Assembly: GCA_951406725.2 (NCBI GenBank)
Contig: OX597814.1
Coordinates: forward strand, 6,386,001-6,450,000
DNA length: 64,000 bases
DNA from: Octopus vulgaris
Lineage: Eukaryota
Direction of reading: 5' to 3'
Shown here: positions 37,227-50,579 of the stretch, one piece after another
How positions within the stretch are numbered: position 1 is the first letter of the stretch
How the letters are laid out: every line of letters starts with the position of its first letter
The notes under the pieces: generated by a model
Seen by the model: the letters and a program-made list of their open reading frames with translations, nothing else
What the model was told of the DNA's origin: nothing
The model's database searches: none
Translations under genes and position numbers: made by a program

Positions 37227-37286
<60 letters not shown>

Positions 37287-37482
37287 CACACACACACATA
37301 TATATATATACACACCCACACCCATCCACATATTTATGCAGACACACACACACACATATATATATATACACCCACACCCACCCACATACACACACATATA
37401 TATGCATACACACGCACATACACTTACATAAATTTGTTTATATAGACGTGTGTGTGTATATATGTGTGTGTGTGTGTATATA

Positions 37483-37513
<31 letters not shown>

Positions 37514-37530
37514 GTGTGTGTGTGTGTGTG

Positions 37531-37571
<41 letters not shown>

Positions 37572-37686
37572 GTGTGTGTGTGTGTGTATATATATATGTG
37601 TGTGTGTGTGTATATATATATATGTGTGTGTGTGTGTATATATATATATGTGTGTGTGTATATATATATATATGTGTGTGTGTGTG

Positions 37687-37717
<31 letters not shown>

Positions 37718-37726
37718 ATATATATA

Positions 37727-37779
<53 letters not shown>

Positions 37780-37780
37780 T
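36460..37780. repeat. Large (TG/TA/CA)n microsatellite fields
   Basis: Directly visible at 36470-36955 and 37228-37779; source of the C/V/Y/I/H/T ORFs. Confidence 0.95.
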
Positions 37781-38602
37781 TTAATATCAAATACTTGTAT
37801 AAATGATTATTAGGCCTGGATTTCCCACTATTTCTGCTGAAAACCGAATCATTGCAACGTAAATTGCCTATCTGCTTATTCTTCTATGGAAACCTATCTT
37901 TCATTTGGTAATATCTACGAATGGTTGAGAGAAGAACGTGTGTCCATTCGACTGTTACATCACGTCTTCTACAGCTGTTCTTTAATTTTTGCTGCCAGAA
38001 ACTACATTTGTCAAATATTATCCATTAACTTTGCTCTCCTTGTGCCGCTTCTACTGTTGCATTTTAAATCTGTTCTCCTGGCCTCCATCTGCCCACCTCC
38101 TCATTGCCTTCCATACATGTCTCAAATCTATGGAAGCAGCAATCGATGCCATTCTGTGAAGCCGCAAGCCGGTAATTTCATCTTTGCTCGCTGTAGTTCC
38201 TCTTTCATGACACACACGGCCACACAAAGACTGCTGCAACTGGTTCAGTTCTTATTTAATTCCCGATGAATTGTTTCAGCGCAGCTGGTATTCCAACCAT
38301 GACCACCATGACTTATTCAAATAGTATCTCCAGTATATTGTCCTTCCATTTTAAGAAGCAAGTGCGAGATTTGGTTATTATTTCTAGCATGTCAAGTGAC
38401 CATTCTCTTTAGAGAAGCGCGGTGATATAGTTTTTAAGTGTTTTATTGGCAACCCCAGTCTAATGTGACCATCACTACCAAATAAATTTTAACAGAATTG
38501 TTGCTTGATTCTGCAACACTCTTGATTTACTAGACATTCCCGCCATGATCACCTCGCCTTTTATTCAGGCATAGTACTGGTAACCAGAGAGCTATTATCT
38601 AA

Positions 38603-38820
38603 TGCGGTGATTCTCAACTATTTTTTTGATTCACCTATGAACCCCTGTCATTCCGACTTTACTCGAATGGTTCCTCATAGCCATTCGATGTTAAAAATTC
38701 ATATATTTTCATAATTGAATATAATTTGTGATTATGTGAATTGTAGAAGTATAGCAAATTTATTGCTGATAAACTTTAACAGCAAAATCTTACATGGACC
38801 CCGGTTGCGAACCTCCGATC
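38603..38820. mobile_element. Degraded hAT-type MITE
   Basis: CGGTGATTCTCAAC...ATGGACCCCGGTTGCGAACC termini resemble CAGTGGTTCTCAAC-type TIRs. Confidence 0.45.
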
Positions 38821-39777
38821 TGTTGTGTTGCTGTCAAAAGGGTAAGGGTGTGGTTCGAAGATTTGACGGCTGTTTCTAGCAAATTATGTTGCCATCCGGA
38901 TGCATTCTTGCTGGATCCTTGCTATTGTAACAGACAATCATGAAATCGAAACCCAAGCATCAAGAATGTAAAAGTTGTAAACTCAGTAAAACTCTTTATT
39001 TTGCTTCTGCCGAATTCCTCCTTCTCTTTCAATACAACTCTCAGCCATCTTTTTCCATATATTCTAGATTTCGTCTTAGTTTGTAAATTGTTGCCCTAAA
39101 TTATCTTTAATATTTAGCAAATGTGTTGATATTTAACATATAGGTCTGTTTAAAAACTTTCTTTTAAAACATTGTTTTCCGCCCCCGTGGGAAAGTTCAT
39201 GTGAATGTACTTCAGTGTACTTCGTGTACTCCAATGACACCTTTAAACTCCGGGTGTTCAACTGCGTGACTGAAGGCCTACCTAACCTAATGTGCCTTGT
39301 CAGTGGGGTGTGGTTTGGCTACTACTATTTCTTAACTGCTGGAACAACTACATAGATATCTTGTTGCTATTTTAAACCTGAAATACTTCTTCAATCCATT
39401 CTGGTTATGTAATAAAAGACACTTCCATACAAAACTTGGCCAACTACGAGAAAGTCACTTTTAAACATCTCTTTCTCTCTCACACACACACACTGTTGCA
39501 AATATATTTTCTTAAATGAATGGTGGGTAGCAGAATCGTTTGAGCGTCGAACAAGGTTTCTTGCGGTGATTCATTCTGGTTCTTTATGTTCAGAATCCAA
39601 ATCCCACCGTGATAAATCATTATTCTTCCTGGGGTCAATAACATATAATACAAACCAAATACGGAAGATCGCTCGTATCGATTAACTCTCTTTCCTCCAA
39701 ATTTCAGGCATTGTGTCTAATTCAGAAGTAATTATTGCAAGTATTGCATTTAATCATTCAAGTTTATTATTATTATT

Positions 39778-40150
39778 AAGCTGACGAGCAATGCCGGGCG
39801 AAATGCTCAGCGGCATTTCGTCCGTCTTTACGTTCTGAGTTCAAATTCCGCCGAGGTCGACTTTACCTTTTATCCTTTCGGGGTCGATAAATTAACAGTT
39901 GTATACTGGGGTCGTTGTAATCGACTCGTCCCCTCTCCCAAATTTCAGGCCTTGTGCCCTTAGTAGAAAGGGTTATTATTATTAAGGCAAGAGCTTGCAG
40001 AATCGTCCGTGCGTTGGACAAAATGCTTAGCGGAATTTCTTCAAGCTTTTTACATTCTGAGTTCAAATATTGCCAAGGTTGATAGCACTGGAATCGACGT
40101 AATCCACACACACACACACACCTCCTCTAAAATTTCAAGATTTGTACCTA
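39778..40150 (+). mobile_element. Two tandem Nin/Deu SINEs
   Basis: GCCGGGCGAAATGC...GAGTTCAAATTCCGCCGAGGTCGAC...CCTTTCGGGGTCGATAAAT; second head near 39985. Confidence 0.8.
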
Positions 40151-43100
40151 TGGTAGATAATCATAAAAATTTGTGAGATTTCCTTTGGTTTAATTCCATT
40201 TGGAATTCTGTTCTTAGCAACACGGACAATATATACAATGTGAAATAATTATAGTTTTGTTGGTAAATTAAAGTACGAATTGCTTTCTTTTGGTAGTTCC
40301 ATTTTTGTTGTTCTATAGATTTGCTTCTGGTATTTCTGGGTTGTTGTTTTTTAATGATAATTGAAATATTTGTAGTTTCCACGTGATTTTACACCAGGTT
40401 AATATATTTCCATATTTTACTTTTACCTTCCAATTTTACTATCGACAGTTTTATTGATTGTCTGCTAGGAGAGTCTAACAGTAAATTCCATCTGCCTGCC
40501 GCCAACAATCCTCTTTCCGCGCTGCTGACAAGCTTGCTATTGAAAGAGTTACGATTGTCTTCATCGTCATAAGCACTAATTCTGTTTACAACTATTCTTT
40601 CTCTCTCTTTGACAAGATGAAAGTATTTCTCCGATTACCATTTGTCCCTTTCGTTCCCTGTTCTAATTTTGCCAACATCGATGTCTTCACCTTTTATCAT
40701 TCTAATAAATACCAGTCAAATATAGGGACAAATCCAGTCGACTTTACCTTCTCTCATCAAAATCTTTGGCCTTGTCCATTGTTATTACTGCTTTGTTTGA
40801 CTCGAGCTGTTCCAAGTCTCACCCAGTGACCTCAAGTAACAAGTTGGACGCTTTACTATGGTAGTTAGTTATGGTTAGCAATGATATATTGCTGAGAAAG
40901 AAGACCAAATACTGAGAATTATGATTTTTTAAAAACATTTGTTGTAATATTTGCAATTTTGAAATAGTTTAAAAGAATTAGTATCTGGGCAGTACTCATG
41001 AGAGCATTTCTGTTTTTTTTTTGTAGTGTTGATACTTTTGGGTTATCTGAGATTTTGCCCTAGTGTTTAAAAGTGTCGTTTATCTCCTTATTATATCCAA
41101 AACTCTGGTCATAGATACAGTTGTTCTCAGATGCCACGTTTTTGAAACCTGTTTCAAGGTACTTATTGTTAACTCGTCGAATGTTTTTTTTTCCACAGAA
41201 GTGTTGCCTGTCTTCAGGGATTTGACACATCCATGCACAAACATGTTTGTCAATGCTTTTTCTGTTTTTTATATTTACCCACAGTATCTGGTCGAGTGGC
41301 CTTAATTAAGCTCGATCACTTTGAATACTGGTACAACACCGACTTTCTTGATAATGATGGTCTGGAACCTCTTATAGTTTATTCTAATTTAAGAGCAGAA
41401 ACTTCAAATTCCTGAAGCTGTCACACTAGTTTACTGACATCTCTTTCTCTGTGCAGCATTGGTAATCTTTTATTATTACTTATACTAACATACAAGTGCC
41501 TATATTCCATTTAATTATAATTTGATATTTGTTTAATTTAGAGTGTGTTGAGGATAGTGACCACTCCAACTCAGAAATCTTAGTAATTTGGAAAGGCATT
41601 GTAATCAAAGGTTCCATGAAATCGATGTTGTATCTGTACTAAAGTCTCAGAGAACAGCAGTGTCTTTATTTTCTACTACTTTGGCAGGCTTATGCTCTCA
41701 CCAGTTCTTGTCATATGCGAGTCCAGATCGATGGTGTATGATCCGGCGTAATTACTTATTAAGTGTATCACAGTGATTATATTCATCCGAGGTCAACATA
41801 GAGCAGCCAGAAATGAGGAGGTCCGTTGTGTCTCTGGCTGCTCTATGTTAATGGCGGTAAAGTGGGGGAATGGTTGGCACATTGGGAAAATGTTTAGCCG
41901 CATTTATTCTGTCCCTTTACATTCTAGGTTCAAATTTTGCCGAGGTCGACTTTTCCTTTCATCCACTAGAAAGTCGATAAAAATAACTATCAGTCGAGTA
42001 CGGTGGGGTCGATGTATTCAACTTTTTTCCTTCAATAAAAAATGGTTGTCCTTGTGCCAAAACTTGAAACCATTATTATTAAAGCATATTGTTGGAGATA
42101 CGAGTTGTGTGGTCTTGCAGTTTCATTTGGACTATGACAATTATTAAACACAAGCGAAACTGATATATTTTAAAGTGTTTCATCTTGTGTAAGATCACAT
42201 GATGGTACATCATGTATACCATTGGTTTCAACAATGCACACAGGTGGTGATACCACGGGGATACAGGCAATGATACCATAGATACACAGGTGACGACACC
42301 GTATGTATACAGGTGATTATATAGCTATGCAGGTGATAATTCACTCATACACCCACGCACGTTAATTTGTTACGGGTACACAGGTGATGATATTACAGGT
42401 ATTCAAGCAATAATCTTTTCGTAATGTTTTTCAGTGGTTTTCAGACATGACTTATTTCATTTACGAGTTGGAATAAAATGTGATTTATAAAAACTAATCG
42501 ATCGAGTTCTTAAATAAACAATTAGAGTTTATAAATTGATGGGTTATGTGAACTAGTTGTCAGAATATCACTGTTAAGGTAGCAAGTGTCGTCATTGGAA
42601 AACTTAATTCTGTCTCGACTAGAAATCTTTGTGGCTTTCAAAAATTACGTTTTGCTTTCTTTTCCTTCCCAAAACTTGTTTGAAGAACTTCTTAATTTCA
42701 ACAGTAAATTTAAAATAGACATCAAAGTTGCTAACCTAGGTATTGTCACTCATCTTTACCATTCGATAACAATGAAATGGAGGATTTATGCGGGTCGGGG
42801 TCACATCCCCTGGCCTAGTAGTGGCGTCGACTGATGTAAATGCTGGAGCGTATTCACTAAATATATTTTATGGCGTGGAAGAAAGTATCAATATCTGTGT
42901 ATTTACTATCTTATGTGTGTGTGTGTTGTCTTTTTTAGGGAGACTAAGGAGAAAGAGAGTGATTGTGACACAGGCGCTAAATTGCCTGCGTGTGTGTGTT
43001 AAAGCAGTACAACTAGTTTGACGAGTTAAATGAGGGTATTGGCAAATTGTTGGAACACCAGCTGCGAACCCTTGACCTCAATCATCAACTAAAATCTGCG

Positions 43101-43600
43101 CTAGAAGATAGGAGGGGGGGGGAAGGGGAATGTTGCAAGGCGGAAAGAAATAGGATTGTGAGGGAGGAAAAATGGTTTCTTCTTTCCGTTTCTAACAGAG
43201 TGAGAAGAAGTGCGCCAAATTGGCGCCACCTCCCTCTCTATTGAGGTGAGAGAGAGAGAGAAGGCTATGGAGTTGCTTCACCTATAATTTCTCTCCGCCA
43301 CTACCTTGATGTAAATTAGTTACTACAGCAGAATTTCATATAGACGTATATTTATATATATATATATATATATATATTACAGGGTAAATGTTTTTTAAAT
43401 TTTCTCCTGGTTTACTGAATTAACTTTTATTTGCGGTTGAAGCTTTGGCTGTTATTTCTAGTGGGTGAATGGCCTATTATGGCCGTTCCTTTATTGTTGA
43501 TGTTGAACTTAAAAATGGTCTTTGACTATTTTAATTTTTTCCTACTAGGCCGCTGGTGGCAAAAGAATTCTACAAAATTTTTTTTGCCACCCTATATTGA

Positions 43601-43649
<49 letters not shown>

Positions 43650-45884
43650 CACCTTGACGAAACTTATTAACAACACATTCACACAGACACAGACACTCCT
43701 GTCAGGAATTGCTTCGCCGTTTTAACGACACCTCTCATTTGCATTAACGATTACTTCAGCTAATTGTCACCATCACATGCTACCCCCCCATCTCTACCAT
43801 ATGTTCAACGTTAAAAAATGTAACAGCAACTGGCTGGGGAAAACCTTATTTTTTTCCCATCAGTCTCCCTTCGGTTTCCATGGGTTCTTCTTCGTCTTGT
43901 ATTTTCCAAATGTATTTTCACAACAAACTTGGTGTGGAAGACCAGTAAAACATTTGTTTTGTTTTATTTTCTGTTCGATGTTCAAAAAAAAAAAAAAGAA
44001 AAGAAAAATGCTTTATAATTAGAGGCGGTGGTTGTGGAGAGGCGAGAGAAGAAAGTACGTCTACTTCTACATTGCTTACTTGAATCTGGTCTTTTTAGAT
44101 CGGTTTATTTGAAGGATTTTATGGAAAAGAAAGTTACGAAAGTTATTTCTGTTTTTTTAACAAACTACTGTATGGATGTAAGGAAGGATTAGCCTTGACA
44201 CTGGGCATGTTGGTCGTGTCTCTCTCTTGCACACAGGCAGGGAGACAGACCGCGATATTTGGGAATTAGAGTCCTTAATATTTGAAGTATGAGGAACAAA
44301 ACAAAATGCTGTCTTGTTTTCAAGCAGGTGGCTGGTCAACATTTATTCTAAATTAGAAAGAGAACATGCATATACATGTGTATGTGTGTCCATGCCAGCC
44401 TGGAAAACGGACGTTAAAGGTGTGGGAATATATATTTGAATGTATATGTATGCATATATATGTACATGCATCTACATATACATTCATACATGCAAAGCCA
44501 AGCGATGCTACATACCCTCTCCACCTTCCCTTACTTTAATCTCGCTATACTGTACTTACCTGACACACTCCATTCTTTACCATACAAATACGGCTTTTGT
44601 AAGAAAAAACTACAACACAATCACGGTTCCCCAGTAATTTTCTTTCGCCAGGTGTTCACTTTGCACTTCATGCCTCTAGGATTTATAAAAAGTTCAACAA
44701 TATATTGGAAAACTAGTTGAAAGAGTGGAATTTTTTTGACCATAACCTAAAGATTCAAATATATTTATTAGCCATCATAATGTTGTGTCCACTTGTGTAG
44801 TAAGTTGTTTAACCCTTGGTCGAACCTAATCAAACAGGGCCATGATAACGGGTACTCCTCTCTTAGGTTACATAATCTAATGCAGCCTTCTGGTTTATAG
44901 GGGTGTATGATTTGATTGTGATTTGCTTGCTATTTCTAGCAAGTGAGATGATGCTATAAATCCTCTCTTATTGGTGCCGAAGTCTTGCTCACATAGTCAC
45001 TATTTTGACCTTGTTATTTATTTATTTTTTTATTGAATAAAAGGCAAAAACGATGTTTTGAAAGTCTAAGACTGCTACGATTTCTGTTACACATGTCACA
45101 TGTTTCCACATATCGCAGTGTAATGTTGCAATCAGACTCTACTACAATGCAGTTATCATACTGCCTTACCTGATTTTTAACAAGGCCTCTCTTCTTTCGC
45201 TTACACACACACACACTCACTCTCTCTCTCTCTCTCCTCCTCAATCAATATACCCACCATCTCTCTCTCTCTCTCTCTGTTTATCTTTCTTCAACTTGCC
45301 ACCAGGCACTGATTATTTGTATTTATTCACAGTTTTAACTCCACAGCCGTATATCTTTCATCCTTGCTCTTCTTTCTCTCTCTCACAACACAGTTTCCCC
45401 ATCAATGATCTCCATAGTATATCAAGTTCCATGCAGCCACTTCTCTCTATCTATGGACATCAACTTAGCCAAAGAGTGTGAATACACTAAACAAAGTTTT
45501 CTACTGTAATCATTGGTGTGTAGATGATGGAAAGCAAGGGATAAATTTTCTAATAAAAACATACAGGGAACCTGACAACAATTTTATAAATGTCAATCTA
45601 GGGAATATTGGCAGAGTTCCTTCCAATACAAGTAGCAATGTTGTCAGGCATAATTTTCAGCCAAATTCCAACATTGGTCTGGAGTCATTCTCCTGTCTCT
45701 GCAATATCTTTTAATCCTCTGCATTTTTCTTAGGATTCCGGTCAGATGACCCTGGCCCTTTAGCCAATAAAGTAATTAACATTAGCTCTAAGCCAGTTGT
45801 GAAGAAAGGCAGAGGGCAGCATCCTGTTGAAGAAAAGCTGCAGCCTCACTTCAGACTATATTCAGGTAGGATATTTAGAGTTTA

Positions 45885-46270
45885 CAAGTTGTGACACCAG
45901 TGCTGGTGGCACGTAAAAAGCACCATCCGAACGTGGCCGATGCCAGCACTACCTTGACTGGCTTCTGTGCTGGTGGCAAGTTAAAAGCACTACCCGAACG
46001 TGGCCGATGCCAGCACCACTTTGATTGGCTTCTGTGCTGGTGGCACGTAAAAAGCACCAACCGATTGTGGCCGCTGCCAGCCTCCCCTGGCACATAAAAA
46101 GCACCCACTACACTCTTGGAGTGGTTGGCGTTAGGAAGGGCATCCAGCTGTAGAAACACTGCCAGATCAGACTGGAGCCTGGTGCAGCCACCTGGCTTCT
46201 CAGACCCCGATCAAACCATCCAACCCGTGCTAGCACAGAAAACGGACATTAAACGATGATGATGATGATG
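45885..46270 (+). mobile_element. RTE-type LINE 3'UTR with 4 minisatellite units
   Basis: Family match with (GAT)n tail. Confidence 0.85.
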
Positions 46271-46639
46271 AATGTTACTTACTGTTCATGGAAAATGGAT
46301 TTCAATGAAAATGATGACAACTTTTATTCAAAAAGCAGATTTCAATGCCGGCCACCTTCTTTCATTTCATAAAGCATGGTTATTGCTTGACTGTTGTCAG
46401 TGTATAACTGGGATTCTACTTTGGTGGACAATGAATAGAAGGTGGTAGATTAGATGCAAATTGCTTGATGGAGGCTTTGTCCCTAAATGTGAAGGTCTGC
46501 ACAATTTCAGAAAATCCTTGATAACCTTGTTTCTTTTTCAATTTTTTTCTTTTTATCACTGGAGTCTTGCATCAGTGTTTAAATTTTCCTCCAATCAATG
46601 TCTTATTCTCTTAGGTCTACATTTTCCTGCTGCCGGCAA

Positions 46640-46697
<58 letters not shown>

Positions 46698-47322
46698 CAC
46701 TACCAGAAATAAATGGGCAATATTACACAAACAGCATGAATCATTGGATTAGATGGAAGAATTATGGCTCGAGGTCTTCCAGATTTGTATTTTTCTGTCA
46801 AAACTGGAACAAAGCTACATACACAGGACTAACACAGACATTTGAGTCAATATCTTCCTCAATGTCAGGCTATTGCCACATAATCTAACAGTTTGGACAT
46901 TTTTTCTTTTTTTTTCCCCACGAGATGACACTTCATTTAGATTTCATCATATTAAATAAATTAAACTAACATCATTACTTACAAATTTCTAGTTGATAAT
47001 TAGTTATCTTTAAGTCATCATCATCATCTTTCCATACTGGCATGGGTTGGACAGTTTGACAGAAGCTGATAAGGCTGGAGGGCCGCATTAGGATTCAGTT
47101 TTGATATGGTTTCTACAGCATGGATGTCCTTAATGCCAACCAATCTACAGAATGTACTAGGTGCTTTCTATGCGGCACCAACACAGGTGCTTTTTATGCG
47201 GTGCCAACAAAAGTACTGTTGCCATTTGTATTCAAATGTTTAACCAAACTTGTGTGTTAGTAAATATGTCTGATTTCCTTGACCATTTACATTCTGCTTT
47301 GCTGCCAACCTTCCATCAGCTG

Positions 47323-47663
47323 ATAATAAAATGTCTCTGTCAATGAGTAAAGTCCAACTTGATTGGCACCACATAGCCTTATAATCTTTAGACCCTCTGC
47401 TAACTTAGAATGGATATGTATTCATAAGATTTGTAATATAATGGAGAGGGAATCCATTGATTACTGTGACCCCAGGATTTGAACTGGAACTTTTATTTTA
47501 TTAACCTTGAAGGGGTGAAAAGTAAAGTTGATCTCAGTGGGGTTTGAAATCAAAATGTGAACTGCTGGAAAAATACCCCAAGGCATTTTTATCAAAGCTC
47601 TGACAAAAACTCCATATGGAATGAAAGCAGAATTGGGAAAGATATTTTTGAGCCAAATTGTGT
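47323..47663 (+). repeat. 341-bp direct repeat, copy 1
   Basis: Nearly identical to 49388-49728. Confidence 0.9.
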
Positions 47664-48224
47664 GGGTTTTCATAACTTTCCTTCATGAAGGACTGTATAC
47701 TCCACTCCCTTATATGTTTGCCCATTATAGGGAAATCTTTATTTGCCCATTATGTGTGTCCATTACAAGGGAATCTTTGTGTTTTATGGTATACTAATCA
47801 CCATAATTTTATATCCTTTTATTTGTACTGGAAGAATAGGGATGGACCTCACAGCATCTCTTTCATTTTCCATTTTTTGTTATTGTGGGGTTTTTTTTTC
47901 CTTTCTTTTCAACTGGCTGCCTTTCTTATTCACCACAACTTGTCAGTGTGTTCTGCTTTTGACCCACTGCTTTATAGAGCTTGTCTTTAACTAGAGTGAG
48001 AAACCTTGTTCTTGTATTTACTGTGAGAATAATATCAATACCACCAAAGACTGGTTTTAATTGGTGACTGTGAGAGCTCTTTCAACCCTATTGAATGACA
48101 TTTAGATGTGAAAAGTTTACTTTGTCTGGTCTCTGGAAACCAACACTGCAAAATATCTCTGGTTCCATAGAAGCTATTGATTGCTTCATCAAGAAACGTG
48201 GATACATTTAGGATTCATAGTCAA

Positions 48225-48910
48225 AGGTGTGGAGAAAGATTCATCTTGTATAATCGTTAGCTGCTACAAAGGTAAAAGGGATGCTGTAGATCGAAGCAAT
48301 TATAAAGGCATCAAACTCCTGGACCAGGTGATGAAAATTACAGAGAGTTATTGCTCAATTAATTAGCAGCATAATTAGGGTTAACAAAATGCAGTTCAGC
48401 TCTGTCCAGGGAAGAAGCACTACTGACGCTATTTTCATAGTCAGGCAACTACAAGAGAGGTACTTAACTAAGAATAAACCATTCTACCCGGCAACTACAA
48501 GAGAGGTACTTAACTAAGAATAAACCATTCTACCCGGCATTCATTGATCTAGAGAAAGACTTTAACTGAGTGCCCTGCTGTGTGACATGGTCGGCTCTGG
48601 GGAGGTCAGGGATAGATGAGTGGCTGATGAAAGCTGTACAGGTCATGTACAAAGATACTGTTAATAAGGTGAGAGTTAACTACAAGTACAACAAATAATT
48701 TAGTGTACAGGTAGGGGTTCATCAAGGCTCAGTCCTTAGTCTCCTCCTTTTCATCATTATTCTCCAGTACATATCAGAGGAATTCAAGACTGGCAGCCCC
48801 TGGGAACTACAGTATGCTGAAGATCTTGTCCTCATAGAGGATTCCATATCAGAGCTAGATGAGAAATTCTCGGTGATGAAAGAAAACCTGGAATCTAAGG
48901 GCCTTAGCAA
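48225..48910 (+). pseudogene. RTE LINE reverse transcriptase relic
   Basis: YKGKRDAVDRSNYKGIKLLDQVMKI; GRSTTDAIFIVRQLQE; FIDLEKDF; VGVHQGSVLSLLLF; WELQYAEDLVL (YADD changed to YAED); stops and frameshifts. Confidence 0.9.
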
Positions 48911-49387
48911 CAAAAAGGTTTGTCTCCCAGTAAGAATTGAGAATGTGACATCCGTGTTGAAACAAAATTTAGAAACAGAAAATGATTCAAGTGTCCTCTA
49001 TATTTGTAATACACTTCCTACAAAACATCAAAGGTTACACACACATGTGTACACACACAGACTTCTATAAAACTCTGCCATTCTTCTATATATTTGGCAC
49101 CTGTTCTAAAGGCTCGTTCTATTCTGTCTAGCAGCTCCAATGTAAGTACTTGATATTATAGTTCTCAAGTATGTTTACTAAATGTAACCTTGGTTGTATA
49201 AATAAACAAGCGATTTATACACAAATGCATTCTCCACATATACTTCATGACCTAATGTTAATCAGAGTATTTTAGGTTTGAGAGTTATAAGAAATTGTAT
49301 CTTATCAGGTTTTAGTGTCTCTCGACAATAAGAATTTTAAACAATTTTTTGTTTCCAGATCCTCCAAAGATTATTCTATAAGTCCCC

Positions 49388-49728
49388 ATAATAAAATGTC
49401 TCTGTCAATGAGTAAAGTCCAACTTGGTTGACACCACATAGCCTTATAATCTTTAGACCCTCTGCTAACTTAGAATGAATATGTATTCATAAGATTTGTA
49501 ATATAATGGAGAGAGAATCCATTGATTACTGTGACCCCAGGATTTGAACTGGAACTTTTATTTTATTAACCTTGAAGGGGTGAAAAGTAAAGTTGATCTC
49601 CGTGGGGTTTGAAATCAAAATGTGAACTGCTGGAAAAATACCCCAAGGCATTTTTATCAAAGCTCTGACAAAAACTCCATATGGAATGAAAGCAGAATTG
49701 GGAAAGATATTTTTGAGCCAAATTGTGT
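49388..49728 (+). repeat. 341-bp direct repeat, copy 2
   Basis: Nearly identical to 47323-47663. Confidence 0.9.
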
Positions 49729-49899
49729 CTCATCATCATGATCATCACCAAGTCCTGTTTAGTGCTCTAAAAGATGTCAATCGTTTGGTTCTCCTCGCAT
49801 GGAACAATCGAAAGGTTTTGTTTGATTTAATAAACTGGCATAAAATCTGTTTGCAGTAATTGTTTTACAGGTAATTTTAATTCAACTGCTTCAGAGTGA

Positions 49900-50295
49900 C
49901 CCACTGTTCTTGAGGAGACCTATTGAGTCAAGTACGTCAACAACAAAATAAAAATTCAAATAGAAACTGTAGTTAAGACACCCGTGCCAGTGACACATAA
50001 AAAGCACCGTCCGAATGTGGGAGATGCCAGCGCCGCCTGACTGGTGTCCATGTCGGTGACGCGTAAAAGCACCAACTGATCGTGGCCATTTGCCAGCCTG
50101 CTCTGGCACCTGTGCTGGTGGCATGTAAAAAGCACCCACTACACTCACGGAGTGGTTGGCGTTAGGAAGAGCATCCAGCTGTAGAAACACTGCCAAATCA
50201 GACTGGAGCCTAATGCAGCCTCCATGGCTTACCAGACCCCGGTCGAACCGTCCAACCCATGCTAGCATGGAAAACAGACGTTAAATGATGATGAT
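49900..50295 (+). mobile_element. RTE LINE 3' end
   Basis: TGTTCTTGAGGAGACC (VLEET, ORF end), then minisatellite UTR and (GAT)n. Confidence 0.8.
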
Positions 50296-50579
50296 GCTTC
50301 AGATTAAAATTAATGTAATTATACTTTGATAATAATTTACTTTTATAATCTATAATCTACTTTACCCAGTTTAAAGTCTTCACTACATATTACAATATCG
50401 GTTCTTGCTAATCAGTCCTGTAACTGCTGGTTCAGGATTGGTCAAGGCATAGATTTAAAGGACTTGTTGCTATGGTTATTCACACATGTCATCTGATAGG
50501 CTACCTTGATGTTAAGTTCAGTAATGCTGTGGATTTTCTTTCACAGACAGACAGTTGTACAGGGAACTAATGGCAAGTG

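Noticed and set aside
37886-38269. 127-aa plus-strand ORF
   Set aside because: No recognisable domain; the opposite strand looks like a decayed RTE C-terminus (GRV...RRW)
41199-41415. Plus-strand acceptors at 41198 and 41284 as exon 2 of the mitochondrial gene
   Set aside because: Phase-0 reading hits a stop within 9 codons at both; the open frames are phase-incompatible and lack homology
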